Below are positions 12,860 to 27,679 of a DNA stretch of 64,000 bases, in pieces. How positions within the stretch are numbered: the stretch's first letter is position 1; the number at the start of each line of letters is the position of its first letter. Position numbers and translations under genes: made by a program. Under the pieces are notes generated by a model. It ran no database searches and had not been told where the DNA came from. It saw only the letters and a program-made list of their open reading frames with translations. Origin of the DNA: Raillietiella orientalis (taxonomy: Eukaryota); contig JAYWIR010000026.1 in the NCBI GenBank assembly GCA_036172245.1, forward strand, positions 744,001-808,000, in the 5' to 3' direction.

Positions 12860-13460
12860 CGACGGGATTTATTTTTTTATGCATATTTATTGATACTTAT
12901 TGATATGCATATTATTAATGGTAATAGTATTTTAATACATGCATTTGTTAATGATGTTGATATAATTAAAAATATGCTTCTTGTATATATCAATATAGAG
13001 ATAGATGTGTTCATAGATATGTGAATATATATTGTTAAGATTATAAAAAATAAATAAATGTGCTTATTATAAGTGTATATATATCTACATAGATAGGTTA
13101 ATATGTGACTCTACTTTAACATCATATTTACTAACATTTATTAACATAATAATATGCATCGATATGATATTGATATACATTAAAGATTATAAAAATAAGT
13201 ATATATGTTTATCATGTACCTTACTGTGCATACATAGATCTATTCATCTGTATAATGGATCTTTATTAAATAGATATATAGATGTCAAATTTTAAGAAAA
13301 TGAAAAATAACTGCAACAGTTAAAAAACTGCGGAGAAAACCTTATAAAAAGTAAAAAAAATGAAAAAACGAAAAAAGGAACTTGGTATTTCCTATTTCCT
13401 GCCTCTTCGAGCGCCCAACAAAGGAAACTTCGTCGGGAAAGGGCGAATTTCAGAATTTCC
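12860..13460. repeat. AT-rich dispersed repeat (MULE/foldback-like family)
   Basis: Recurrent aagattataaaaaataa modules. The ttggtatttc...aaggaaactt segment is shared with 16170-16260. Confidence 0.55.
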
Positions 13461-13639
13461 ATCGGGATTTCGTCGCCCACGTCGCAGCCCTCGGTGGTGC
13501 TGGAGGATCGCCCGCAGCAAATGGAGGTCCCCCACGTGGGGACCCCCCTGCATGAGGGCAGCCGCGAGGTGACCTCACCTGAGGAAAGAAGTCGGAGATG
13601 GCCGCCATCCTTCGCCGGTAATGGGCACAAAGGAGCGTC

Positions 13640-13868
13640 CCATGCCAAACACGTCTGTCCCCGCTCTTCCCTTATTTATTTATTTATTCATTCATTCATT
13701 TAATTATTTGTTCGCTTATTCATTCATTTATCTTTAGTTTGTATTTATTGTCCCGCTTTGGACTTCTTCTGCAACTGACCTGCGTGTCGATGGAACTTCC
13801 TGGGAACCGCTGGTTTCTGGTTTCCCTTCCCGACCTGTTCGTTTCCTTCCTGCGCGACCGGGTGAAAA
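13640..13868 (+). mobile_element. Isolated LINE 3' UTR fragment
   Basis: gacctgcgtgtcg is shared with the 3' UTR at 54034; ends GCGCGACCGGGTGAAAA. Confidence 0.45.
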
Positions 13869-15859
13869 GGAACGGCAGCCGGGACGTTTCCTTCGCGCCG
13901 CTTTCCGGCCCGGATCGTCGAAGAAGGCGCGCCGCGGGATGCACGCTCGCCCGCGTGTTGCGCGCGCTTCGTGAGTCCCGCACTCCTCCTCGTGGGCCTC
14001 TTGGTGCCCCGACGGCACGCCCTCCCTCTTTTGGGGCTGCGCTCCGTTCCCCACTGCGGCCAGGGGAGAGGCCATGTCCGCAGCTCCCTCCGGCAGGGCG
14101 CTGCGAGTTCATCGGGCCCCTCTGCAGGTGACGAATCGGCCCTACCCAGAGCGCCACGCGCGTTGCCTGTGAGAGGAGGCCGCAGGGGACTGACGTGACA
14201 GCTCACGCGTAACAGCCGTTCCTGCCGGGAACGCCAAGGTCTTCACCGACGAGCATCCCTCCTCGCCAACCGTCCCGTGAACCGTTCTTCCCGGACCACA
14301 GGGATTTTCCCTCCTGGTTGTCGTGGTGCGAGCTTTTCTTCGAGAAGGAGATGAAGAGGAGCGCCCGCTGATGCTGGTCCAGGGGGAAAAAGTCCCCTTT
14401 CCTTGCCTTGAGGCGGGAGGAGGAGCAGGGCTGTCCCCTTCTGCGACTGTCTCGAAGGAACTCTGACCAGGAGACCCCGGGCACGTTCGCGGCACTTGAC
14501 AGGGTCATCACCGGCACAATCGAAGGTCTTCATCCCCCTGCCGAGGGCTTCAACTCCTCGACCCGTGGATGGACCATGAAGGTGCGGCGACGCCTTTTCT
14601 CACACACATCTCCACTAGCGCCTCCCGCGTCGGCAAATGCAACTAGGAAAAACGAGACTCGCCCAGCTGCTGCGGGGAATCTCGCCTCCCGCTGAGAATC
14701 CATTCCGGTTGCCTTGCGACCCGCTGGCTTTCATCGAGAGGGCACCTGCCCCTGCTTTCAAGCTTCTTGAGCGATGTTCTCCAAGACGCTCTCGTGCATC
14801 AGGCGTGTTTGTACTCCCCAGCCTCCGCAGGATGCATCTCCTGTTTCCATGCTTGCAGAGCTCGCGATACTTCCGCCAGACGCGTCCGACTTTTCCAGGC
14901 AGCTTTCCCGATGGACAGTTGCCCTCGCTGGTCAGTCCGCTCCTTGGGGAGTCCCTCGATCACCCCCGTTGCTGTTGTCCGTTCTCCGTTGCTGACTCCT
15001 TCTTCTTCCTGGCGAGAACCGTTGAGATGAAGGAAGCTGGGTGCATTCTCGCGGGCGAGCTGCCTTCCGGAGTGATGCCTCGTCCTCCTGGCAGTCCTCC
15101 CAAGGTGTCCCAATCTCCTTTCACCAGTTGCGTCCTCCCTCACGCTCCCTGCCCATTTCCGAAGATGTGCGAAGATTGTCTTCTCAGTCGGTCCAGAGCT
15201 TCATCACGTTTCCTGCTGTTTCTCTTCACCTTTCTATGCCTCCCTTTTTCTATGGGTCCGGAGGGTGAGAATGAGGAAGAGGTTCCCTTGCGGGTTCCTT
15301 CCGGAGGCAATCTGGGCGAAAGTCCTCATCGGGGTTCCCCTCCCAAGCGTAAGAAGAAGAATCTCCTTCCTCCGGAGCCTTGCTGGATTCATAGGGTGCC
15401 CCTATGAGGTCACCCTCCCAAACTGAAAAAGTTACACACACTCTCGGGTGACGTAAACAGCGTCAAAGAGCTTCGTTAGCTCCCCTCCTCTAAGGAGGCG
15501 AACGTTTCTTCAGCCCTCAGGGAACCGGGAAAAGCGAAATCCGAAGAAGGAAAGGAAAAAGCTGGAAGGAAAGCAGCGAAAAGGATTTCCACGATCCATG
15601 CATTCTTCTGCTTGGGAGAATTTTCATCTGAGTTAAGGATGGCTTTGGCACGGGACCATCCGAACTGCTCGTTGTCGTGGCAATTTCTGGTTGTCCACTC
15701 TTTCTCTGATCGATTCCACACCCAGCCTCGCCGACTCCTACTTTCCGAGGCCCAAAGACACGAAGCTTCTGTTCTTAGATTGGCAACAGTGTTTTTGCAC
15801 ACGAACCGGAAGTGGTTTTCGGCTGCTGGGCTGAATGCAGTCTTAGTTTTGCAAGCCTC

Positions 15860-16270
15860 TGCGGCTCAAAATCCAGAATGCAGAAATCTCGAACCATCAT
15901 AAAAAAATAAATATATATGTTATCAGATATATTAATTAATATATTAATATGGATTTCATCAGCATTCATTGAGATGCATGTTATCATGTGTATAATTAAT
16001 AATACGTGCTAATGCTTTGTAAATATATATTTAAAGTGATGAAAAAAAGATACATGCGTTTACAATATGTTTAAGTACTTATTAATATATACATATATTA
16101 AATGAATATATAAATATCGAATCATAAAAAATTAAACACGATGGTGACGATTAAAAATAATGCCAAAAAAATAAATAAACGAGAAAGTGATTTGGTATTT
16201 CGTTTTCCTATAATTTTCACCTCAAGAAAGGAAACTTTCACAGAAATTCGGGAATTCTATTTTCAGGTTT
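15860..16270. repeat. AT-rich dispersed repeat (MULE/foldback-like family)
   Basis: Starts caaaatccagaatgcagaaatctcga, similar to the reverse complement of 22130-22170. Shares modules with 12.9 kb. Confidence 0.55.
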
Positions 16271-19200
16271 CGATCGTTTGGTAAGTATGTACGTTTGTAA
16301 CTCGATATTTATATAATTATTTCATATTCACTCATATGGGCTTACACATATAATGAAGGTACACGTTTATTTTCGCCATCCTCAATACACAGTATTGTAT
16401 ATACGCGTTTGTTGATCGTTCAGGGTTTTGAAGCAACCCCTATCGCCCGCATGCCCCCGCAATGGGCCCCATTTTTCCTCTCATTCGAATGGATCTCTGG
16501 ATCTGTAAGGAATCGCTGGGTGTGGCTGCTGAGGTTGCTGCCCTGGCCGGCTCGGACGCAGCGCCCCTGGCGTGTTGAATCTCTCAGATCGGATATTCTG
16601 GACCGTTCGCTAGGGGGCAGGGTGCGCGGGGAAAGGGGGAGACCCACGATAGTGAAAGCGTCAGACTTGGCTTTCTCGTGTAAGGGCTTTCTCGGCCCTT
16701 ACACGACTCACGATCGCTGTGGAGTGGCCATAAAATGGAATCCGCAACGTCCGCCTGTTCGTGCGAACTTGCCCTTGAGATGAGCTGCGTGCCATAGGGA
16801 CCGACCTTGCTTCTCCAGAGGATTCCTGACAACGCAGCCTTGACACCACGGGGCTTTCTCGATTTTCCAGCTCCTCGTCCGCACTCCCAAGAGTTCGGAA
16901 AGGTGGACATTTACGATTTCAGGCCGAATTCCTCGCAGCTCTTTACGGCGCACGCGCAACTCCCCGCGCTGACTGATGCTGATTTTACGCTCGTCACGTA
17001 GAATTTCGGATGATTTTTCATCGTGAAGCAGCCGAGTTTTTGCTTGCTTGTCTGTTTTTTCTCCTGTAGCTCCTTCTCCGTTCGTTCCCTCAGTAATTTT
17101 CTCGTTGCCACGTACATTCCGTTTCGCTTCCAAACTCAGCATGGAGGCGATGGTCGGCGGGTCCACCTTATTCAACTCCTCCTGTAGGTTAACGTTATTT
17201 CCGAGAATCTCTAGGGAGATGTTCATTTTCCCTCCGGCAGTTTCTCTGCACTCCTGGTAAATTCTTCCCCGCTTCTTTTCCCTTGCATTCTCTTGACCAG
17301 AGACCTCCGCCATCTAGGGACAGTCCAAACTATCGTAGAGGGGCGACCTTGATGACACAGACAACTTTCACTAGCGTTTAGAGCGTAATCAACGTGCGGT
17401 TTCCTTGACCACTGAGGTCCTACAACAGGGAATGAGGCCATCCCTCCTCCTCCACAGGGAAAAGCATTCCCATGTATCACTAGAGCTCCTCCACCTCAGC
17501 TCTCTCTGCCAATCCCAGCGGTGAGCCTTCAGTTTTGACAGTACCGTCTGTGCTGCTTCGCCTTGGCAGGTCATCTGCTCCTTCTCCTCACCGTTCAAGA
17601 ACCGTTCAACTGATCTCTGGAATGAGCAGCGCCTTGCCTGGTCGCGGCGCCGCACGTTCAAGAGAAGACCGTTCGCAGAGCCCGGAGCAGAGTCCCCGTT
17701 GTGCCCCGAGGTGCCCTCTGCTTTCCCAAGCAGGTGCGGACGGTGGCTCCAACGGCTCCGGCCGTGTCCCCGCGAGGCTCATGGGGCTGTCCTGCTCACA
17801 GCTCGAAGACCTCGGTGTTCCTGAAATGAGATGACGATCTCGCCCCGTCTCTCGCAACCCTTTCCCCCGGGTCTGCCCTGCAGAACTGTCGCTCCTCACC
17901 CGAGGTGCCGCCGTTGCCAACGCGCCTCACGGTCGCCGCACGGTGCCAGATTCGCCACAGGATCCAGTTTGTCTAATCTGCCTCCCTTAATGCTGACGCC
18001 TTCTGGTTTTCCTCCTCCCACTCGCTTCCCCGATTTACCTTTATGGAAGAAACCCTTCTTTCCCGATGGAGCAATGAGCATCTGAATGTATTCAAGGAGT
18101 AGGTAGTCCGATATGATAATTATATGGTAGTGGGCGAGCTCATTGCTGCTCGTTGAGGTTGTTGCTCATGCTGTATGAAAAATTGATGAATGGCCTATGG
18201 TAAATCGGATGGAGGGAGTTGGTCGTGCTATCATAGGAGAAATAGTATGCGTTTCACTGTTGGAGTAGGGGTGGCGGTTGGCGGTTGTAGAGAGATGGTG
18301 AGTAGAAGAGCTCGTTTTTGACTCGTGTTGGAAGAATGATGGTTGGTAGTTGTGGAGGGTAAGAGTCAGCAGTGGAACGAGTTTCACCGTTATAACGGAT
18401 GGAATGGACGGGGAAGGGGGGAAAGCGTGTGACGGTGATGTTGTTTGGATGAGGAGGAGTTTTTATTCGCGGAGTGGAAAATAGGGAAGATGGGAAGGAA
18501 ATAATGGAATATATGGAGAGTAAGTTGCGTTCTAATCCAAGTCAATGTATTACTAATGAGCTATTGGTAGAATCAGTGGAGCAATTAATGTTCTAAGAAA
18601 GGTCAGTGGCAAGAAGAGTGCTGTTGATGGAAAGATGATAGGGGGATGAAAGAGACGAATCGTAAATGGGGTATGCACCCATCAGCTTTATCCAGCTGAT
18701 CTGTGATTTAGCACTGGTCTCGAAAATGATGGCTTTGTCGAAAGAAAACCCTCTAATTTTGAGGCACGTTGCAGTTGGTGATTTATGTGGGATATACATT
18801 TTTGGGATGGGATGTAAGTGTTCCGTGTTTCAAATGGTCAGCCAGAGCTTTTTGCAGTAATACACAAATGCTATCTTTAAAATTTAATAAGCAATGATGA
18901 GGATAGATCGAATCCCTTGTGCGAAGTTGCATTGATATTGATACTGACAACTTATAGTTTTCAATTTCTACATTTTTAATTATAAAACATTCCATTTACT
19001 GTGAATTAATAATCAAAATTTATTTTGCAATCCCTCTCCCACTTTATCTATCTCTATATTAAAAAACCACTAGTTAAGTGAATTTTACACACGACATTTA
19101 ATGTAAGATTTATAATAACGTCCTGAAAGTATTAGAAAAGTGTGCAATGAAAAATAGAACACCCTGAATGTTCAGATTGATAATGATTGATGACCTATGA

Positions 19201-19684
19201 TATAGCAGGGGCGTTCAGGAGACAAAAAGTTAAAAAACGATTGTGTGTTCATTAGTTAAAAGGGTGTAAGGTATATTTTGTCTTCATAGATATTTTTGTG
19301 TTACTTACGTGAGGATATGTTGAAGCTCATATGAAAACGGAAAAAAATAGCATACTGAGGAGAACATTTTGTTTGCCACAGAAAGGATGAGTTCTTGAAA
19401 GTTGTGAGTTGATGGCTAATAAGACGGAAATATATGTATGGAACTTTGGCTTCAATTATGCTTTGGCTGTTGGTAATCAGTTGGTTTACATACCATTTTG
19501 TTACTGTTTTCTTTTTTTCCTTCGTCTTCTTTCATGCCACCCCCCATTCAGAAACTCATCTCTCTTCCCTAGAAATGGGAAGGAAAAGCAACAGGAAATC
19601 ACGCCTGTCTTGAGCCGTTTGCCTCGGCCCTCTTGAGGGTCCATCGAAGCAGCAGCTGCACGCACCGAGATGCAACGCCGGGGT

Positions 19685-20377
19685 TTCCACCCGGGTACGC
19701 CCGGGGCGTTTACTGAAAAAACTCTACAATAACGTGGTACTAGGCCCCACTAACGGCCACACAACACCGGACCTGCCGGGGCGCCGGGACGCAGCCCGGC
19801 GTGACGCTCCTCGGCAGTGGAGGGGGATGGGGATCAAAACAAAAAGAAAAATAAAGATAAGAAAAAAACAAAAAACAAAAAGAGTTTGGAGGGAGGGGAA
19901 GGGATCACAATCCACTGGGAGGAGGGCCCATCCTTCGCAGGATGCCCTCCAGGTCCATCTTCATGCTTCCCAGATGGGGCCATCTCGCAGCTCTCCGCAT
20001 GAAGCAGACCGCATACGGGATGACATCCCTCACGTTGGCATCCACTCCTTCGTCGCGAATGTCGCTCCAGGCCGCCACGATGCCCCGGATGCAGCAGAGG
20101 GCTGCGGCGGGCTGCAGGGCGTCCCACACGAAGAGGGGCCGAAGAACGTCTCTGGGCGCGCTGCCCATTGGGAGCCCGAGGGTCGTCCCGAACCGTTCCC
20201 ACAGGGGTCGGAGGGCAGCACAGTCAACAAGTAGGTGGGGGAGCGATTCCCGCTCCCCACACCTGGCACACTCAGGCCTTACACTTCCCCGCGTCCAGTG
20301 GAAGCGGCGCGCGTTGCAGGGTAGACCCCAGTGCAACAGCAGCAGCGCCGACTCTTGCCACTTCAGGGGGAGAAGCC
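19685..20377 (-). mobile_element. 5'-truncated L1/Tx1-like LINE with a perfect 14-bp TSD
   Basis: Encodes WQESALLLLHWGLPCNARR...CARCGERESLPHLLVDC. TSD tgcaacgccggggt at 19671-19684 and 20378-20391. Terminal hairpin CCCGGG-CGTA-CCCGGG. Confidence 0.92.
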
Positions 20378-21131
20378 TGCAACGCCGGGGTGGAAGAAGA
20401 GAACGAAGTCCACCTCGTGTTGTTCCGTGGGTGTTCGAACACGCGCGCGCACGCACACGCAAAGTGGACCTGACTTCTGCAAGCAGAATCGCAGCTCCAT
20501 GGTAGCACCTTGGGAGGCTGATCACGGTGGACCGATTTGCCTCATTTGCGATCGTGGAATACAGCGTTCCTTCTGTAAGTCTTCCCGGCCGACCGTGTCC
20601 CATCAGACACGTATCCAAACACCAACCCGCTGCAGCCGGGATCTTTTTTTTTCCTTCGCACGATGCCTTCTTTCCTGCAGAGTTCAGCCGCTCTTTGTCG
20701 AGTAGAAGAGCTGACCATCCCAAGTACCCAAGTACCGCGCCCTCTGTTCCAAGTGCGGATGGTGCACGGAAGATGGGACGGGGTTATCTTCCGAGTCACC
20801 GACACCCTTCGGCCTTCCCGAATCCCGATCAGTTGACTCCGAGATGACCTGCGAGTGCCGGTGGTGAAATAGTTTCAGTGGCAGATGGAAGAAGGTTTTG
20901 GAGTTGGACATCCGGGATCATGACAGGAGCAGACAGGAAAGCTCCTCCCACACGAAGGGCTGGAGAGTTCAAAGCGCATGGCACTGGGTGCCGACATTTT
21001 CTCATGGCTAACAATGTTACCAGCCTCCTCTAATCACAGTTCCGTTCAAAAAGAAACCTTCCAGGCGCAGGTGCTTGGCGACCAAATCAAAGTCCTCAGT
21101 CAACTCTTCTGCATATCTCCAAGGGGTATGT

Positions 21132-22175
<1,044 letters not shown>

Positions 22176-23159
22176 CCCCACTAATCCCACCGCTCCCCAC
22201 CCTCGAGGCGGTTCTGTTTGTCTTCGAGTTCTATGGCTGCATACGGCTATACAGTAGAAGGGGGATTTCGTCCCCCTTCCACTTTGGCACCTCCCCCGTT
22301 CAAACAGAAAGGGGCTCGTGCTCGTGTGGGGAAAGGAACCAGAAATTTGTGGGGAGTGCGGTTGCCTCGGAGACGTCAGGAGGGTCTCACGTTGCTGCGG
22401 GATGGCAGCGCGAACGCCGAGTGCCCGCTGTTTCCCACGAAGGAGAAGAACCGCAGAGTGGAAAACCTCCTGTCCGTTCGGACACGCTCGAGGCCGTCCG
22501 CGTGGCAATTTCCTGCACTCGAGGCGGCGTGAGGTCAGACCCCGCTTTCGGGGTCGCCTCGCCCCGTTGCCCACCTCGTGCGCGGGGGGTTCGCCGGCGT
22601 GCACAGCGCTTCGGGCAGGGATGGTGCAGCGGATGCCCTTCGGATCGCCGACCACATCCTGGAAGCTGCTTGCTAATCGACCCGCACCCTATGGTCCAAG
22701 TGGTCACGAGGAAATTCCATCCCCAATGGACATCCGCAGCACCCTCAGGTGGGAGGAAGGAATCCCCTACTTCGTTTCCCGAGGCCTGTCTCGTCGGAGA
22801 TTTTGGGGAGTTTGAGCATCGTAATAGCCTGAGATGCGCAAAGCATTCGGTTGAGGATAAACCATCGATGGATGCAGGGGTTATCGTGTGGTCATTTCAA
22901 TCCGAAGATTTGCAAATTCTAAGAGAATTATTTTGAAGTTTTCGAGATCATTGAAAAATGTTTCCCTGCTTGCTATCGGTGACCGCTTCCAGCCACATCG
23001 ATTTTTTTTTTTTTTAAAAAAAACGAAGTAACATGCTTCCCCTTAACTACTTATTAATTACTCATTAGTAAGTTTTATTAATACTTATGATCTTCCGTTA
23101 GGTAGATCGATCCGCGAATCCTCAGAAGTTGAAAAGGTAGGGGAGATCCACCCATCCGT

Positions 23160-23225
23160 CCATCTAAGTGCACACGTGTATCTATTTTTTATGATCTTTA
23201 CGGATTTCGGCGTTCGGGATTCTCA
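23160..23225. repeat. Second right-hand terminal inverted repeat of the 21.1 kb element family
   Basis: 23202-23223 is a perfect 22-bp inverted copy of 21137-21158 (agaatcccgaacgccgaaatcc). Confidence 0.7.
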
Positions 23226-23675
23226 CCGACTTATATTATCCATTCGTGCCGTTTTTCATCATTAGGAATCTGGATCCGGTTATTGCTGAACTCTAGCCCT
23301 ATTATTTGAATATTCTGTGAGCGTTGAGTATGGCAACACTGTCGCGATCGGCCGGCAAAATACTTTGGCTGTGTATGCTGACTTCGTTGACTTCGTTTTT
23401 CCCCTCCCCTCTGCAGAAGGTCCGGTGATGGTCAGCTTCCCCCTCGATGATTGCTCCACGCTATGGAGTTCGTGACTGGACTCACCTTTTCAGTATAAAG
23501 ACGGATCTGTGTTACATTCCAGTTTAAATAATAATTTAAATTTTGTTAAATAATACACAAATTCTTCTCATCATGCTAAGATTATAGAGTTGCGGATTGA
23601 ATACGTTAAAAAATATTTCATGAAGTAATCTCCATGGCAGTCTTTCGAAAAGTTTAGCTGATAATTTAAAAAGTA

Positions 23676-24055
23676 CTGTGGTACCCCGGTATTCGACGGT
23701 GTCGGAGCTCGTCAAACTCAGTACTCGTCGCATTTTGAAGAGAGGAAAGAAAAAAATGTTGCGACACTCGGCGCATGCTCGGAACTCGACATCACCCCAC
23801 CCACTCAGATGAAACGAGTGAACGCTTTCGTCCCACGGTGGCTGAAGAACAGTGTCGAGCACTCCCTTATAGGGTGCCTCCCGAATCGTTCCTTTTCTTC
23901 TGTGCTTTCTGTGCGCTTTAAGCGTCAATCATGGGTCCTGAAATGGGTGAAAATGATACCACGAAGCCCGGAAAGGAACGCGTTCGGTACTCGTCTGTTT
24001 CGGCACTCGTCACGAGCTCCGGAGTGAATTACCGACGAGTACCGAGGTACCACTG
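23676..24055. mobile_element. Tc1/mariner-superfamily (pogo/Tigger-like) MITE, 380 bp
   Basis: TIRs ctgtggtaccccggtattcg and cgagtaccgaggtaccactg, with TA on both sides (23674-75, 24056-57). A second copy lies at 42371. Confidence 0.8.
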
Positions 24056-24339
24056 TAACCCCAAATTGAATAAAATACGAAATGGAAACATTACGTTATT
24101 TTTTCCAGCAGCTAATTGCTACGATAAACGCAAAATTCGTTGCCTATATATGGTCCGCGTCGTTGTCGATAGCTCAGCTGTATTTCCGGCTTCAGCGGTT
24201 GCCACCGTCCCGCTGACCATAGCAACCAACGCCTTTCAAGGCATCTGTCAGGCACCGCATCGTATCCCGACTCTTGGTTCATCCTCCAGTGATTGTTCTG
24301 TCCACCGAAATGGTTGCGCCGGATGACGCTCGCGGACAG

Positions 24340-25200
24340 TCCGAGCTTCAGAGCTCAATCGAGCCGGACTTGTCACCCGTTCAAAGGTTGAGAATGGGCA
24401 AGGGTCATTTCGTCCCCAAGGCCACTCGGATCATTCGCTCTACCGGATGACACCTGCCATCCCAAGGGAAAACTTCGGAGGGACACGGCAACCAGGTGGT
24501 TCGCTTCGTCTTTCCCCCCTACAGCCCAGTGTCCTACGACTCTCCTTCGAACGTTGAAATCGCTGCAGGCCCCCACCAAACTCTCCTTTGGCTTCGCCAT
24601 GGCCGCGTACAGCTCATCACCATCTTCAAAGACAACAACTTTCGAGTCTTCCGACTTCCGTTTTACAACGCAACGCCTACTCCTGGGTTGGCGGCTCCCG
24701 GTCTTATCCAAGGGTGCAAAGAATTGACGGTTTCGCCTCGCCGAAACGCATCCGGGTCGAAGACCCCGAACTGCGACGGGGCAGCATCCGGGGTCGACGG
24801 ATCCTCACGCTCAGCAGTGACGATTCAGGACTCGTCTGCTCACTTTCAGATGAAGGAGGCAACAGCTGTAAATTCAAGCGCCCGTCAGAGAGAGTGCCGA
24901 CGGCCCCACGGAGCAGGAGGTGCGTGGTGTGGGAGAATGAGTTACCAGGTCACCTTCTTCAACCACTGTACGCACCTGGACCAGGGACACTGTCACCGAG
25001 AGGCGTGGAGAACCGATTGTCCCGACTACGAGAGAAAAGTGGTCTCCAATCCAAGACAGATCCAGAACCACTGGTGCTCCACGGTGGGCGGAAAAGCAGT
25101 GATGGTGGACGTCGCCTGCCCCCTATGGATCCTCTGCCTTAGAGAAGACAAGACGAAAGAGGAATGGTTCTTCACTCTGCTGACAGAAGAGCGCCAGTGT
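24340..25200 (+). mobile_element. Decayed C-terminus of an RLE-type (R2/NeSL/Utopia-like) non-LTR element
   Basis: Read across frames: LSPVQRL..FVPK, a CCHC-like RC..ENELPGHLL/NHC, then GKAVMVDVACP resembling the restriction-like endonuclease D-V-x-x-P motif. Confidence 0.4.
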
Positions 25201-27679
25201 GAGTCAGAGCTCCTGTCGCACTCTGGGAACCCCTGGCTGACGAGATTGACGGATTCTTGAGAGAAGCCGGAGGGAAATGATTCTTCTCAACTCCGAAGAA
25301 ATGCTCCAGAGGCACAGGCTGGATCACCGGGAGATCCAGTGGAGGTGATGAGGAAAGCCAGGCAGTGAACACGGTGGAACGTGCCCTGGTCGCTGCGTGT
25401 GCACGGCACACCATTCGCAGAGACAGACGAGGACGAAAAGGATCGAAACACGAATCCCAGCACCCGTTCTTCTAACATTGAAGATGGCCACCGTCCCCAC
25501 ATCGGACTGGACTTCAAGTAGCTCTGATTACTACTTTTGGCTTTTCCCGTCGCAAAAAGAGACTCACGTAAAACAAAAGATACATGGCCCCGAGGTGATT
25601 TGCTCCTCTTTTCGAAGGATCACGTAAAGTTCGGCTGCTAACTGCAAGCCGTTTGGAAGACGTGAATGATGGTTTCCGGGAGGGTGCGGGGTGTGGGGTC
25701 AAACGCGTATTCGCGCAAAGTCAAGACGAGCGCCTTCCATGTTTGCGACGCACTTCCGCGGACTCCAAAACAAAATGAGCAGTCTCTGAGGTTTCCCCAC
25801 ATTCTAGAAGCGTGAGGAAGGTGGAAGAAACAAAAACGTGTAGCTGCTCAGTCCCTGGCATTATTCATGCGCGAGGATTCAATGATCTTTCGAAAATATC
25901 CTATCAAAAGACGACTTTTCTTCGGTACACTGAGTACCTCAAGAGCCGGTCGCGTGCCTCGCGGCGCACGTGGCTCTTCCTTGGGCCTCCCCAGGCGTGA
26001 GAGGAACGGACTCCGAGTCCTTCTTGGATTCATAGGGCGGAACCCTCCCGGGGTATCCCCCCATCTCGAAGAATTACCCCTGTTACACAGTTGCGAAACT
26101 CCCTATGAAAAGAGGAATTGCCGAGCGAGGATCAAAAAGACGCGTAGATGAACTCCATGAAATATGGAGTCATTCCTTGAACGCCACACGAATGCTTGCA
26201 TGTGCTAAGCCTCTGCCTAAAAGTAAAGAGCGTCCCATTTGTTTATCAGAATATCGAGGAATCCGGGGCATTCGAATCAGTAGATCTTTTCCCTAAGTTC
26301 GACTCCATGGAAGCGTGACTTTCCGCCGACATTCGCTTTCGTACAGGTGGTACAAAGTGAGCAAGCAGTGCCACCCTCGAGGCCGTTCAAATCGAACGCT
26401 GCTTTTTCTGCCGGCACGGAACTCGACTTTCACCCGTTCAGGAAAACCACCCCCCCACTCGAGATCCAAAGGAAATTCGTCCTTGGCGACGGAGAACCAC
26501 AGTGCAGGCAAAGCACCCCCCGTGTTCCATGGATTCCCGTTCTGGCGGCGCCATTCGGACGAATCACCTTGGATTTCCTGCGGCCGACGGCTCTGCTCGC
26601 TGCAGGCTGCGAGTTAAAAATGGAATCCTCAATCCTTAGAGGAATTTTTGAATTCGGAATTTTTTTTTTGAAAAAAAAAAAAAAAGAAGACACAGAATAC
26701 CACGGAATATCCAACTGCCCATCTTCTTTTACTCCGTCACGAGGACAACAGGTGCGAGACTACTGGAAGGCAGAAGCAAATTCCAGCTCACGAGTGTGTG
26801 CTCGTCCTTGGAGCGACGGGAATTCCAAAAAATCACTGATCTTCCTCTGAAGCTGAGCGATCAAATCTCGGAAGATCGGACCAGCAAATCGCCAATGCTC
26901 GGGAAACTGTGCTCGACAAGCTGAAAGCACAAGGAGATGACGGGGTCGGCTAATTGGTGCTCCGCTTCACGCCTTCCGTTTTCCACATGGCAATGCAAAA
27001 GACCAAAAGTTCTTGCAGCAGCCCTACACCTGGAAAACCCATCCGTCCCGAGTGTTCGCCTCCTCGGCATGCGCTGCTGGCGAATTCGCATGCGGTCCGC
27101 AAACGTATCCAAAGTACGAAGACATTGCTTCCCCCTTCCCGCCGTGACAAGGCAATGAACTGCTGACACGGCAAGATTTTTGCACCTTGTAAGGCTCAAG
27201 AGGCATTCCACGCTCGATTCCTGATGGAATATTTTTAGAATGGACACTGGCAAGCACGACTGGAGGTCGCTCTGAAAGCCGCCGGGGGAAAGAGCTCCGC
27301 ATTGCAGGAGGGTAAGGGGAAAGTCCAATAACCTGCTCGATGCTGCTGTCAAAGTCATGACGGTTTCCGCCAGAGTGTCGGGAATGTTTTGCCAGGGAGG
27401 AAGACATCCTGCTCTTCCTTTCATGGCAGCCGTGGAATCTTTCACTTGATCGTGTTCTCGGGGATTTTCGATCCGGTGCTTCCAGGTTCCACGTAGGAAT
27501 CACACGAATTGTAAATGGCTGAACAGGCATTCGTCACAATCATCTTTCAATATACAGATATTTTTGGTATTCGTTAAACATTCCAAGATCTACAAAACTG
27601 CACACTCCGTTCTGCTATTACTGTCCACTTGTGTTCGCTTCTCATCACTTCCCAGGCTCACTACTTCAACACCAAGGCA

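Noticed and set aside
16700..17320. RT-like words (VNVHLSE..VRT, CQGCV)
   Set aside because: Too decayed to assign by eye; probably an old LINE relic.
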